Shown here: piece after piece, positions 31,851 through 47,636 of the stretch
Numbering within the stretch: the first letter of the stretch is position 1
How the letters are laid out: every line of letters begins with the position of its first letter
NCBI RefSeq assembly: GCF_009914755.1
Contig: NC_060933.1
Reading direction: 5' to 3' (one strand)
Length of the DNA stretch: 64,000 nt
Source of the DNA: the human T2T-CHM13v2.0 reference genome, Homo sapiens
Translations under genes and position numbers: made by a program
Notes under the pieces: generated by a model
The model's database searches: none
Told to the model about the DNA's origin: nothing
What the model saw: the letters and a program-made list of their open reading frames with translations, nothing else

Positions 31851-34800
31851 TTATTTGGATTTTTGTTGTTGTTGTTGTTGTTGTTAAACAAGTAGCCAAG
31901 AGTTAGCTAAGGAAATCTCAGAGGAATGTAATCAATAGAGAGCTTTGAAATCATCACTTGGCATTGATGCACTTTCTGAAAGTTGTAGATGATGGTTCTT
32001 TAGAAGGGATTTCTCTATCATAAAGAATTATGCAACTATGTTTTCTCCGACATTTGCTCTTTATGTTCAAGGACACTCTTTCCTAAAGAGTTTTGTTCAA
32101 CTCTTTAGAAAATAGTGTGGAGCTGAGCAATTATAAAGCAAATTTAGTCCATGTAGGGCACTGATGAGCCAATTTAGATCAATGAAACTTTTCCTCTCCG
32201 TGGTGCTTTCTTCCCTGAAGAAGAAACTCTGGATAATTTTTTTTAAAGTCAATGCTTCATTCTTCCCATGTTGACACAACATGAGGGATAAAATAGGGAA
32301 CTCTAAGACAAACGTATTTATTTTATTTCACACTTTCTTAAATACATGGAGCTACTCTAGCCTTATAGAGCTTGGATACAATAACACAGGTGGCAATATA
32401 TCTATGTCTTTATATATACTACAGAGGCAAAAACTGCCGTGGTATTTTCTCCATGACACTTTCTCCATTTACTCCAACCCCATGCTTCCTTCTGCCTTCC
32501 CAGAATTCAATAATAACATCTAATTGAAAAATTATTTGTTAGTATACTAGTTCAAATAAGATTATGTGTACATCTCTTGAGGAAAGTTATACTACTTTTC
32601 ATAGCACCCATAGTACCTAAAACAAGCATTCAAAAAATACCTAAGTGATTGATTGATTTGAAAAGTTATATTATCAGTTCTATCTTTAAGTCTTCACTTA
32701 AATTTTAAGCATATATATACACACAGATAATTATAGGGATTAGGGATTAATATATATACTTATGTATACGTAAAGTAATCTTATTGGATTAATTTTATTA
32801 GTGTATATAAATTTAACAGACACAGACACACACACACACACACACAAAACACTGCCACACTGTTTCAATGAATTTGTCCCTTTTACCAATTTTCTTCAAT
32901 CTTATTTAGATTAATTCTTTGTCTGAGTTGAGTTATATAAGGGAGGGTCAAATATTAGCTCCTCTCAGTCATCCAGGCTGACCCTCAGCTTAGATCCAGT
33001 TTTTGATGGAAAAGGGGAAGAGGAAAAATAGAGTCATTCTATTGCCATTTTTGTGGATATTAACATACACTGTTCCATTGATAGGATTCTCGTGAAGAAT
33101 GCGCCACGCATTTATTTTACCCTCTGTGCTCTTGTGACCTTTTGTGCCTTTATCAAAGCACACATGACCTTCTAGTTATCTGCACTTGTGTCTATGTTTT
33201 AGTCCTCATTATAAAGTTCTTGATAGCTAGGGCCCTGCCTTATTCATCTTCCAACAGGCCCATGCATATAGTAGGCACTCAATAAATGTTAACTTGGAAA
33301 ACAGTTTACAAAAATAACCCTTTTTATAGATAAAACCACCAGCGTTCTTTGTCTGTACAAGGTGTTTCCAAGGTTTCCCTTCTGAGAAAGTTATAAAAAA
33401 GAATCAAGTTTTGACATGATTTCTCATAGAAAATTTTAGAAAAGAGACAAGGTAAGATGAAATTTACAAAAACTATAATGGATACATGAAGCCAGCATGC
33501 TTGATATGTCTTTTTTCTCACTTGACATTCCAATTATGTCTAAATCATGCTGGAATACAAACCACTGAGATCAATTACGTTCTTTTGGCAGGTCTTATAG
33601 AGACAAATGATAAGGGTTTGACACCCTTCAGCTTTAGATGGAAATCTCTGGAGCAGCAGGAGAAAACAATAGTGACCACTGTACAGAATGACAGGCCCTA
33701 GGGATTACAGACTACACTTCGGTTTCTAAAATGTCTAGGTTTCTGGTGACTTTCTCATACCTTTGGTCATTTTGATGTATATTTGCAGAGAAACACGCTT
33801 TTGCCACATCTCTACTAGGAATATATAGTTACATAATTTGAAGCCATACAACATTTTTTTTTTCATCTGCAGTTAGCATTCATTTATGCCTTTGCCTCAG
33901 CTAATCAAGTAATGTAGGGACCCTTATTAAACATCCTTTAAACAGGAAAGTCAAATTTTTATTAGAAATGTATTATCTATTCTCCTGCTCCCAAGCCATT
34001 GCTCATTTATTCTTCACAATATCCAATACAAATTCCACTGACACACAAAAACGTGAACAGTCTCTTGGTATTTTCCCCATTGATAACTTCCCAAAAGTTA
34101 GTAACAGATGACTAAAAAACTTGAAGGCTTTCTGCTACCAGAAAGCTCTGCTTTTTGTCCTAAAGTATCTAAAAATGGTAAATACAGATGATTATCTCTG
34201 GAATGAAGATGCCAAAATAAACATAAAAATCCGTAATAAAATTTGGATGAACGAGGAGCACCATTTTGGAACACAAACGCATTTGGATGCCTTTTTCACA
34301 CTGACTTTTTTTATGGGTGAAGTACTTGCTCACTGATTGACAAGTGACAGGCTAGACAACATTTCTCTGCAGTCTGACACTTCGGTTGAGCATTATCAGG
34401 CAAAGTAATCTCTGATTTCAATGTCAGGAGTCTACATCCTGAAAGGTATGGTATCCCCAACTATGAGTACTACAGTTCATATTGCTCAAACACAAAAAGT
34501 AGAATCCTAGTATTAAAAAACTTAGGTGATTTAATTACTATTTGGGTAGCATGAATCTCTTTAACTTTGTCATGTTTAGTCATTCATGATTTAGAAATAA
34601 AATTTGATAATATTTCTAAAGCAACAAAATTAATTACGGAAAGTGACAATTTTCATTAATTAGTGACTCATTCTAAACTATGACAGATGAGAAACAGAAA
34701 ATCCATTATGCCAATGAGAAAAAAAATGGGAGTTTGACCATTTCTTCCAGGTACTATATGCCATAGAGCAGAGATAGGGAGAAAGAGACTCAAACAAGAA

Positions 34801-35876
34801 TTTAACTGCAATTATCTCTTAGTTTATCCAAACCCATTTGGATTGTGATAGATGCAGTCTGTCTTTTTCTATCCTAAGTAATCTCAACTACAAAAACTAA
34901 TCAGTTTTGTCAATTACAAATTACTTCCAAAGTGATTGTCTTTTAAATTCACATTCTAGAAGGGAATTCAAAGATAAAACATAAAGTTCACACAGGTTAA
35001 AATGTAAGGCTTTTTTTTACTCCTTTAAGATTATAAAATGGAAGTCTCTATAGCTGAATAGTTCTTGGATCTGTATTATTTAAGAATCTTTAAATTAACT
35101 TAAAACATTTTTAATCATATTTAAGTTACCAAAGTAATTGAAAAGATACTGATGCAGCCCTGAAGTAAAGGTTTCATAAACAGGATGTATGTGTTCTCTA
35201 TATCCAATTCTATTTGTACAATGGTGCACATTTATATAGATTTGTTTATATGATCACATAGTTGTAGATTTACATTTATTTGTAGTGAAACATTTCCAAC
35301 ACTGTTGGACTTTATTAGAAATCAAAGAAGAAATCCTTCCTGGTGAATAAGGTCTAGGTGGGCCATTTTTTTTTTCTCTTAACATAAAGCACACTACTGC
35401 AAGATAATGTTATTTGGAAATGATTTTTAAAATTGGCTGCACATGTGTGGCTAGACAATTTCTTATCAAGCTAAATAAACATGATTAAATTCTTGAAGTT
35501 ATTCAGGTGGCACAGAGAAACATTCTGCCTTCATTTTATCATGATGAATTTATAATTGCTTTCCTGGAGCAAGAGCACACTTTTATCATAACACTACATA
35601 TAAAATACAAAACTTCTCTTTAGACTTCTATTTTCTTAACCATTTCTAAATATTTCTTAAAATTTTTAAAGTTTTAATTTTAAAACGTCTTAAGATCAAA
35701 AATTATACTTAATTCTTTACCTCTGCACTAGTTATGTGCATAAACTCATATTCTTTGATAATCAGCCATTGTTCACAGTTGGTGTAGATCCCATATAGAT
35801 TGTGCTTTTGCATATTTTGACTATAAAAAATTACAACAAAAACTGCTAATTAAAGTTAAAAGAGGATGATATTTTT

Positions 35877-36222
<346 letters not shown>

Positions 36223-37050
36223 TTAATTTTGGGGTTGTTGTATAATGGCCTAGGTAGGAAAAGGGAAAGAATCCCCATGACACGGGGTTGATCAGCTTGG
36301 ACACTGGTTTACAACCAGGAATGCATTGCTTTTGATTTCTTTGGAATACCAATAGTAATAATAATAATACTAAAGTATAATGAAAAGAGGAAGCTGAAGA
36401 CAACTGAAGTGCATTTGAATATTTACAAAACAATATCACTGAAGTACTATATGAGGAACACTACAGCACATACCATAAAACACATTTCAGTACATGTTCA
36501 TGATATACCAGCAGGGATTCTGGCCTGGGATCTTGGGCTGTGTGGCTTTGGACAAAGCGCTTAATTTAAATAATCTTAATTTAAATAATAATTTAATTTA
36601 AATAATCTAGGTCCCACCCAGTTCTAAAATACATAACCTTTCCTCCATATTAAAGCAGGAAGGGCAATCTAAGTATTTTAACGTATTTATATTTAACTTA
36701 TTAAATATTTTAACATTTTCAAGGTAGACAATCCAAGATCATGATAAATAATAGGCACTTAGTCCTGGCTTTCATTGTGTATACACCTGAGAAACCTGAA
36801 ATGCTGAGGTGAACAGTGTACTTTTCCATGAGTTTTCTGAAAAAACAAACAAACAAACAAAAAAACCCAGAAAAACAAAAGGTGCATTCTGAATGCAAAT
36901 TTGTATCTACTTTGTAGGAATACCATAAAATAATTTGCAAACTAAAAAGTAAGAAAAAAGCCAAAGCTAAAATCTGTATTAAAATTATTAAGTTTATTTC
37001 TGAAAAATAGAACAAATTGCTAGACTTAGAGAAAGGAGAACCTTGGTTAA

Positions 37051-37362
<312 letters not shown>

Positions 37363-37460
37363 CTTGGTTAAATTTTTAACAAAACAAAGCACAATTCAGA
37401 ATCTTAAACTCTGGGTTGGTTGTAAACATAGAGAAGTTTGGGTACATATTCTCTTTTTAG

Positions 37461-37590
37461 GTTCTGAGCTATAAAGTGGACCAATATTTACTATAAAATA
37501 TAATAGTAATTTAACTAAATTTAAATAGTTCTGAGCTATAAAATGGACCAATATTTACTATCAAAATATAATAGTAATTTAACTAAATTT
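37461..37590 (+). repeat. Tandem duplication of a 62/63-bp unit
   Basis: 37461-37522 and 37528-37590 differ by one substitution and one indel. Confidence 0.95.
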
Positions 37591-38728
37591 GCCAGTAAAC
37601 TCCAACTTAGAGTTTATAAAAATTATTATTATTATTATTATTATTTTTTGGTTTCAGAGCTTTCGGGTTTGCAGTGTTAAGCTGGAGGCTCAATGCCTCT
37701 TGTTATTCCTCATTTCACAAACATAGGTTCATCTACTAACTAGGTAGGCGTACTGTTTTAATGGCTTATGTGGAGTACTGGGCTGCTGTCAAAGATGAGG
37801 AAGGGGATAGGGAGAGACGGGATGGTACTGACTTGCCATGCTCAGTCTCTATTTAAATAAAGCAGGCTGGGTACAAGAGGGATGGGTACGAGAGGGATGG
37901 AGGAGGGAGCATCCTGCTGTAGGTGAGCTCACTTGTATTTTTGTTTTGTAATACTTGTCTACTTACTAGACTTACTGTGAGCATCTTGAGAGTGGCAATT
38001 AATTGTATGTTTTTCTTTTTTACATCTTAATGTTTGGCCTAGTACATGGCACCCAGGAAACACTTAATGTATATTTATAAAAGGCATGAATAAAAGACCA
38101 TCATCTCATTTGGGGCTTTCCCCTCCCCACAAATTTCATGTGTTAGGGGAATTGATTGGATTAGGAAGTTCCTTACTTAAAACATCAATGGCTTCCCTGA
38201 GTTTTACCCCCTCAATCTCACTCACACCTTAGGATGGTTTATTTTGATCTAATAATCTGCAAGAGTGCCTGGATTTCAGCATTTGCTCAGTGGGAAGTTG
38301 GATTGGAGGGGAGTGCTGTGAAGGGGGAATCTTTTCTGGGGTTGGGGGCTTTGGGCTGTTGAAAGTAGCATTAAGAGCCTAACAGACCAAGGAAAGGGCA
38401 TGAGGGGTTCAACAGGAGTTTACAAAGGACCAGAGTAGTTACCATTACAGAGATTTGACTTTCCCAGCCCGTCTAGAGAAGCCTGATGGCACGATCTACC
38501 ACATATCTTCACAGTGGCTTCGCAATGCTGGTGTTTGGAGGCCAAGCCTGGAAGCTGAACAACCCAGCTTCTCTGAAGTTACCAACCTGAACCATCTGGT
38601 ACAGACTGGATGTGCTTCATGTGTTAAAACTCAATTCCTGCTTCTCCTTACTGGGAGGAGGAGAAGGAGATACGAAGAGAAGAAAAAGGAGACCACAGCC
38701 TATGACCTCCTCTCTTTTCCTCACCCTT

Positions 38729-38734
38729 TTTATT
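38729..38734 (-). terminator. Candidate intronic polyadenylation signal (AATAAA) for a short TRPM3 isoform
   Basis: TTTATT on + strand, ~220 nt past the donor whose read-through gives GGG TAG. Confidence 0.5.
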
Positions 38735-38954
38735 ATCCGTGTAGCTTTCATAGAATTTCCCACTTCACAGGACATTTAGAATATGTTTCTCTGTTCTTCA
38801 CCACAGCCCTCCCATGACAGACATTTTTTAGACAATTTGTTCATAGCTTGTTTTGATTTGAGGTCTTGGTTGAGCTACTGAAAACATAATCCACTCATAC
38901 CCTCGTTTCCAAACAGGCTTTAGGGTTCTTCCATGGGGCCTGGAAAGTTACCTA

Positions 38955-39284
<330 letters not shown>

Positions 39285-39698
39285 TTACAGAAAACCCTTC
39301 AGCCAAATTTTCCCACCAGAAAGTCTATTTGACTTTGCCCTCTCCCCTCAACTCTCAGGATGCTGGGGTCAGTGAAGGCACGGGGTTCCATACTTTACAG
39401 GGGAGGGCCTGGGGTGAGGAGGGAGAAAAAGGAATTAGTCAACAGACAAAGCACCAGACCAGCAACCAAGAGCGTGGAAGCTGAACATGATCTGAAGCAA
39501 GTCTTTTATCTTTCCAATGAGTCTGTTTCCTATATGAAAAGTAGGAAGTTAAAAAATGCCACCTCCCTGAAGTTATCACAGGGGTAAGAAAATCCCTACA
39601 TGGCTCTTTTTATTAAACACTATCAAAATCAGCTGGGGACATATTTTAACTTGTTGAATCAACTACTGGCTGAATTCTGGGTCTGTCTTTGACCATAG

Positions 39699-39886
<188 letters not shown>

Positions 39887-41020
39887 TGATTATTGATTCT
39901 TAACAGCATGATTGTCATGTTGAATTACCCAGGAGATATGGTATCTGCCATCTGCCATTATTGCATCTGCCACTACTGAGCAAGGAGCTAGGCACGTGAT
40001 GTGAGTTCAGTAAACATTTGTTGGATTCAGTTGAATTGTTTCCCAAAAGTATTTAAGCTATTTATGCTGAGCCAGAAGACATTGCTGTTTTCAGGTGAAA
40101 ATTGCTTTAATTGCTGTATGCATCGTTCAACCTAACCTTAAAGAGAAGTAATAAAATCAAATGTCCATGAGAGACATGATGACAAAGAAAAATTCATTTT
40201 TAAGTGACATTTCAAGTATGATTTATCATTGAATAACTTCCTTTTGTTCAATTTGGTATCACATTGTATTTTTTCTCTCTGCTGCCTCAGAATAATTAAG
40301 GAATTGAGCAGTACCATAAAAGTGAGCTGGTCTTAGAGGGCGCACACAGCAGTTATCTTAAAAAAGAAATAATCAAAATTCTGTACTACTTCCATAAATA
40401 TAAACTAAAATAAAACAACTCTTGGACATCTGAGTTCTCCCTTTTACTTCTTTTGCTATGCTTTTATCTGATATCAAGAAACTGCTTCCCCGTAATGAGT
40501 AATAGTTTAGGATTTGGTTTCTTGCTCGGGTAAAGGATATTTTTGACTTATGTGACCTGTTTTACTTCTAAAGCATAAATACTTTAGTCTCCTAGGGCTT
40601 TATCTCCTTTAACTTGATGTTTTTCCTGGTGTGATTTTCATCTTAAAAGAATGATCCAAAATGCCAGTTACACAAAAGTGGGTGCTGTTTTGCATGTCCA
40701 CTTAAAACACGTAAAAGAAAATGATGATTGTTGATCAAGGCAAGATGCCAAGATTTCTTTCAGTTCCTAGAGGGAACTGGGAGAGACAAGTGACCTGGGG
40801 ACCCATTCGTTTTCTGTGGATGGGGAGGTCTTGAGAATTACTCTTTCAAATCCAAGGAGAGGGAAGTGAAAGGCCTTGCTGTTCTGTTTTGACCCAGGAG
40901 CCCTTAGTGACTCAAATGCTAGGTCTCCTTAAGGCTCTCTTCAGGTGTCTGTAAAGGAGACAGTTTCCTTATTGCTGCCTATTATGATGATTGAGTAAAT
41001 TCCTGTTGAAAGGTACTTTA

Positions 41021-41404
<384 letters not shown>

Positions 41405-41548
41405 TTAACACAACATTTCTCTTTGGGAGGAGAATTTGCTCTCATAAAAATATCCACCCCATAGGGATTTGTATTTTATAACATGCCTTCAAAAAGGTAG
41501 CCTATTTTCCATTGTTAAAGGTTATTTTATGAAGTATTTCCCAAAGTA

Positions 41549-41584
41549 TTACGTTGGTGCAAAAGTAATTGTGTTTTTTGCCAT
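41549..41584 (+). mobile_element. MADE1 (mariner MITE) half element
   Basis: ttacgttggtgcaaaagtaattgtgttttttgccat matches one MADE1 arm. Confidence 0.75.
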
Positions 41585-42633
41585 GCTATTTATTTTTTCC
41601 CTTGATTTGCTTTAGCATATGCTCCTATGTCATTGACTTTGTATTAAGGAACAATACCCTATACCTGCTGTTTTATATCAGATGATATATTTAGACCCCT
41701 TCTAGGATCTTCTAAGACATCCTAGAATTTGCCAAGTTCTAGGACTCTTGGATTCTGTCGGTGGAATCTTTACTCCAACTCACAGACCAAGTGTGATCCA
41801 CTCAGTGTTCTCGTGGAGGGAGAAGTACTTAGCATGGGCCTTCTACCATGTTCCAGTGATCTGGCATCTACAAGACAGCAGGAAAGATGGCTGGAAACCT
41901 CCTCTCCCTTTGAGAGCATACATAATGAAAAGACCAAATCTCATAGGCTGATTTGTTTGAGAGTAATACATGGTCAGTTTATTCTCTGTCAATATATTTG
42001 TCAATGTATCAAAATATTATAACTTCTAGAAGTACAGAAAGATTTTCAGGATAATGATTTCCTATATTTGAACTAAAACTAATTACCAATTAAAATGATG
42101 AAAACAAACGTATTAATCCAGAGCTGAACACACACACACACATTTAGTCAAATTTGATGCCAAAAATTGAACGGAGCAAACTGTCATCTTTTTCATAAAC
42201 ATTGAATATATCTATGCTTCCAAATTCTCTCTTATTTTTTTCAGTGATAATACACGGACATTTGTTCCATGGATAATAAAAGCCTTTATAGGGTACAAAC
42301 AAAAGCAGTTTTGAATTTCTTAGTTATGAGAGGTAGAAAATCAAACTATGCCTAAAACTATCATGCTTATTGTAAGTTAACCAAGATATGTTAACATTAA
42401 ACCTTTCTGTCAGGTCACACACACACTTACACACATAAACGTATTGTCTTTATTTCTGGCAAAAGAAAATGACATCAGATAACTAGTAATGACCTGAAGT
42501 AGTCTGTAGCCTATTCTTAGAATATGTTTGTGAATTTTATGAAAGCTAGGGACCCTTTCTCCAGAAAAGTAAACATACATGTGGGTAGACACAAAAATGT
42601 TTCTATGCAATTTCAGGGACTTTATGGATTCTT

Positions 42634-43101
42634 TTTTTTTTTTTTTTTGCTTTTTATTTTTTTATTTTATTTTTTTAATGTTTTAAATGGTTTATTGAAG
42701 AATAACATATATACAGAAAAGTACACACATTATCTATAACAACAATACATATCCACATAGTGAACACACTCATGTAACCTCCACCCATATCAAGAAATAG
42801 AATATTATTAGAACCCTAAGAGGGCCCCTTGTCCCCGCTACCAGCTACTACTCTCTCACTATCCTGACTTTTTTTTTTTTTTTTTAATATACTTTAAGTT
42901 TTAGGGTACATATGCACATTGTGCAGGTTAGTTACATATGTATACATGTGCCATGCTGGTGCGCTGCACCCACTAACTCGTCATCTAGCATTAGGTATAT
43001 CTCCCAATGCTATCCCTCCCCCCTCCCCCCACCCCACCACAGTCCCCAGAGTGTGATGTTCCCCTTCCTGTGTCCACGTGTTCTCATTGTTCAATTCCCA
43101 C
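42634..43101 (-). mobile_element. 5'-truncated L1PA2-type element with ~200-nt 3' transduction
   Basis: TSD ctttatggattctt at 42620-42633 and 43102-43115. L1 3' UTR at 42886-43103 with GAG diagnostic. Two T tracts. Confidence 0.88.
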
Positions 43102-43373
43102 CTTTATGGATTCTTGAAACCTATCTTAGCTGATCATAAGCCTATGAATACTTTGTTAATGGACCCTTGCAAAACCCCACCCTAAATTAAGCACATTGAT
43201 ACATCTGCAAAGGGCATCTGTTTGTGTTGTTTTGTGAAACTCACTGAGGCCTCTGACACAAGTTCTAGGATAAATTCTTGAACAAAATTCTATGCCCAGG
43301 AGGATTATATCACATTATTACTGCCCAGTTATATTGATTGGCTAAACCTTCCACAGTGAAACACTGTGTATAG

Positions 43374-43883
43374 CAGTGGTCTCCAACCTTTTTGACACCA
43401 GGGACTGGTTTCATGGAAGACAATTTTTCCATGGACGCCGGAAGGGGGATGGTTTTGGGATGGTTCAAGTGCATTGCATTTATTATGCACTTTACTTCTA
43501 TTATTATTACATTGTAATATATAATAAAATAATTATACAACTCACCATAATGTAGAATCAGTGGGAGCCCTGAGCTTGCTTTCTCATCTAGGGTTCCCAT
43601 GGTCCCATCTAGGCATGATGGGAGACTGTGACAGATCATCAGGCATTAGGTTCTCATAAGGAGCACGCAACCTAGATACCATATATGCACAGTTCACAAT
43701 AGGGCTCACGCTCCTATGCAGCTGATCTGACAGGAGGCAGAGTTCAGGTGATAATGTGAGTGATGGGGAGTGACTGTAAATACAGATGAAGCTTCGCTCA
43801 CTTGCCAGCCGCTCACCTATGGCCTGGCTCCTAATAGGACATGGACCGGTACCAGTCTGTGGACAGGGGATTGGGGACTCCTG
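43374..43883 (+). mobile_element. MER1A hAT-Charlie DNA transposon
   Basis: cagtggtctccaacctttttgacaccagggactgg ... ggggattggggactcctg. Confidence 0.85.
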
Positions 43884-46800
43884 GTTAGGATATCACCCCC
43901 ACTCTCTCTCCATTCTCCTCTTTCTTTCTTGTTTTTTTTTCTGTTCACACTTTTTTTCTAAATTACAGCTCAAACACAGGATATTTAAAAAACTCTAGCA
44001 AGATTCACAATCTTACAAATTAGAATCTGCAGGATAAGACTTCATAGAAAAGAAACAGCTTTTTAGAATGTCAAGAATGCTACATTTTTTATTTGTGACA
44101 TAAAGAAAACATTTTGGGAATCCACTGCATATCCAGCTGGGCTGGATTCATAGGGCTCACTGCCATTTTCTTTATGCTCATAAAGAAACTGATGTAAGTT
44201 CCTTTGAAGAGCCTTACAAATTTGTGTCTCGCTCAGCTAAACCTACTGGTCATTCATTGAAAACAAATGAATAAAATAAAAGGTTGTTTAGATTTAATTT
44301 AAAAAATACAGTCTGTAGGAAAAAAAATTACCTAGATTCTCCCAGGTCCCTTTTTTGGTGAATACTTGTTCTTTGGTTTTGGAATGAAGTAAGCCAATTC
44401 CTTAGTTGATTGCAGTCATTTTTCATTTTCTACCATCACCAAAGACTTGTCATAGCTCTCAGAACTTTCCATTAGAATTTTATTTGAGAGCAATATAAGG
44501 TTGCTTTAAGCAGGAATGGGCAAGATGCTTGCCACACTCTCCAGCTTTTGCAATTTTGGAATAGGAAACATTAGAGCATACGAAAATGTGAGCTTGAGTA
44601 ACAGATTTAACAGCTCTGCGTTCTACAGGGTTTTAGGTTACCCTAGGGCTTTCTAATTACATACTGAACCCTAAGTCCTTGCATAAGATAACCTCTTACA
44701 CTTTTGTCACATTTTGTTTCAACTGCTAGGCAATTCAGCCGGGGCTCCCAATAAAGCTAAAAGTGTCTAAACTGCCATAAGAAAAGACTGGGAGAGGCAT
44801 TGTGAGGGAGAGAGGTGTCAGGAATGAAAGAATGTCTTAAAATTCTAAGCAGTCTTTCTTCTTCTTCTCTTTATTAACAGCAATTAACTCTCTCTGCTGA
44901 TATGAAACCATAATCTATGATCAGCTTAGCTATTTGTGAAAACATTTGGTGTTTAATAGTAAAATGCCTGGGTAAAATTTCAATCAAACTAAATTAACTG
45001 TTAGGTTTTATGTCAAGGTCACCCACAGATGATCTAAAGTGCGTATGGGTCTGAAGGATAATCTATTTGCTGTTGGAAACTGGCTCATATTTACATGGAG
45101 ATAGAGCATAGAAGATCATTCTCTACCTACATCTTAATGACTATAGGCCACAGATCATGATTATTACAGTATAGGTCACTTAAAAAGGGGATTTGCACTT
45201 TAAGTGAGAGATAACTTCCTGAAGATCTTGAACAATTCAATACTAAGTCTATCAGTGGTGGCTAGATACTTGTGTTTACTAGCTAAAGCATGTCCCAGTA
45301 ACATGAACACAGTTAGCAATTCCTTGCCTTGCCAGCTCCAGGGTTATGTGATTTTTGTTGATTTAAATGTCTGTGTAGAGAATTCATGTACTTTGACATT
45401 ATGCATCCATGGAGAGCAGGCAAGCAATTTTGCCTCATTTTAATGGGTAACAAATTAATACCTACTTGAGAAATAATGGCTGAAGTTTGCACACTACCGC
45501 AGCTCTTTACAAATAGTTTCAGAATTCGATTCTTGATATCTTTAACTAATGCATCTCTTCTGTGGTCTGGAAAGTGTGAGATGAATTTATGAAAACTACA
45601 TAAATCTGATAATCGGTTGTGCCTGAAAACATTCAAAAGTATTTTTTTTTCTTAGTAAGTTTAAGGTGCTTCTTACAATTAGGAAGATTCCCAGTTGTGA
45701 ATACATGAATATTCAGGTACAACTGTGGAAATATTATTGTACAGACAGAGAATATTTTAATACATTATATTTTTGCAAAAGGAAATGTGACTAGAAAGCT
45801 TTGAGCTATTGAGGAGCAGAGTGAGCCCAAGAAAACATCTAGGGGTGACATTTGAAAATAAATGCATCTCATTTTAACTAGAATGTCTCTTAGGTCTTCT
45901 ATGGAGGCAGGTATTTTGGATATTGCCTTCACGTTATAGAGTTAGGATAAATTATTCAAGACAGCCTAACTATAACTGGAATGTGTCTGACCTTACTTGT
46001 AAATGGGTAATAAACTCAGATTTCTTTTATTGAAAATCCATGAGGTACCCAATTGGTGAATGCCAGACCCAATGCAAACCAATCCTGTACGCTATACATT
46101 TTTTTGCCATTATAATCTTGCACCTAAATTGATGCTCAGGAAAGCATTTGGAAATAGGAAGTACCACACAAGTTATTAAACAGTCGACACGCAACAAAAT
46201 GTTTCACTTCTAAATACTTATGGTTCTCTAGACAGAAAGAAATTCCTTGAAAGATAGCTTGGGTCCTTCCCTGAGGTTGGAACTTCCCAAGGCATATGTT
46301 TCCAACCCACTTTGGGACTAAGCAAGGGTAAAAATAACATGAATTTCTTAAATGTCTTTTTCTCTTATTACCAGTTTCTATGGCAACTCCCTTACTGATA
46401 GTTAACTCAATGAACCCCCTCTATGTACAATCTTTTCATATTTAAAGCTAATAACAATACTCCAGAATAACATGCTTGTATCTTTTATCTTGGCATGTGA
46501 AATTTTAGCAAATTTGGCTGGAGATATGGGGATGTCAAGACACTGAAAATATAGAGTTTGGATTAATTAGAATGCCTCCCTCACACAGTGATAAAAAATT
46601 GAAAACTGATGGTGCATAGTGTATCTTTTCCTAGGGACTGAGAATGCAGAATATATTAAATTAATATGGCAAACTGTATTTTTTTCTGTTTGTTTTCAAT
46701 ACAGCTAAACAAATCTATTTTGTGCATTCTCAGTGCTCGAGGCATTTTCACAGCAATCCTGTATTAATGCCCATCGACTGGCCTTCTTTTGGGGCATTGC

Positions 46801-47279
46801 CTTCTTGCTTTGCTTTTCTATCTAGTAATCGGAGGACAAAGGACAGAAGCTGGGCAGTGGATGAGTAGATTGAATGGGAAATCCTTTAAGCTGGCCAAAG
46901 AGGTCACTGTGGCATGTGTACTGAAAACTCTCATGGTGTCCGCCCTATCCCCTCTCCCCTGTCAGAGAACAGACCCATCCACTGCATAGAAGGCGCAGCC
47001 CTGCTTGACTTTTTTCAAAGCTGGCTGGACTTACATGGATGTCAGACCTGCAGTGAGCCAGATTTGCTTTCCTGGGATTGAAGTGGAGATCCTGAGCCCA
47101 AGGCCAGTAACTGGGAGATGGGCTTCCAGGGCATGCATACTTGGGGAATGAAGCCTCTGTTAGTGGTGGTCCTCCAGACCAACCATGTGAGGAAGGTAAG
47201 CCAATGAACAAAAAAGCCATATGCAGGTAGAAAACAAAGGAGCAGAGGGTACCATGGAGGGGAGAGATCACATGGCCCC

Positions 47280-47518
47280 AGGAAGAGGGAAGGAAGTGGT
47301 ATGGGGGAGGAAGGAGAGAGAGAGGGGAGAGAAAAGAGAAAGAATCTATGAAAGAGAGGGAAAAAGAGGGAGAGAGAGAGAATAAAAGAGAATGAAAGAA
47401 AGCAGAGAGAGGGCATCTGTGAAAGAGAGGAAGAGAGAATAAAAGAGGGAGAGAGGAAGAGAGAAGGGAGGGGAAACAAAGGGAGACAGGAGAGAGAGAA
47501 AGAGGTGGAGAGACAGAA

Positions 47519-47552
<34 letters not shown>
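47280..47552 (+). repeat. GA-rich low-complexity tract ending in (GA)n
   Basis: Direct reading. Confidence 0.9.
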
Positions 47553-47553
<1 letters not shown>

Positions 47554-47636
47554 TGATATAGCTGGGATTATTGGTAACTTTTCAGGCCTATTTATAGTCA
47601 CTTGTCCATGGTTCCTGCAGAGAGTCCCCTATTCAC

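Noticed and set aside
41549-41584. Possible miR-548-type hairpin from MADE1
   Set aside because: Only one arm is present, so there is no fold-back.
46945-47601. 218-aa S/L/P-rich ORF
   Set aside because: Arises from the CT-rich low-complexity strand, which lacks stops by composition.
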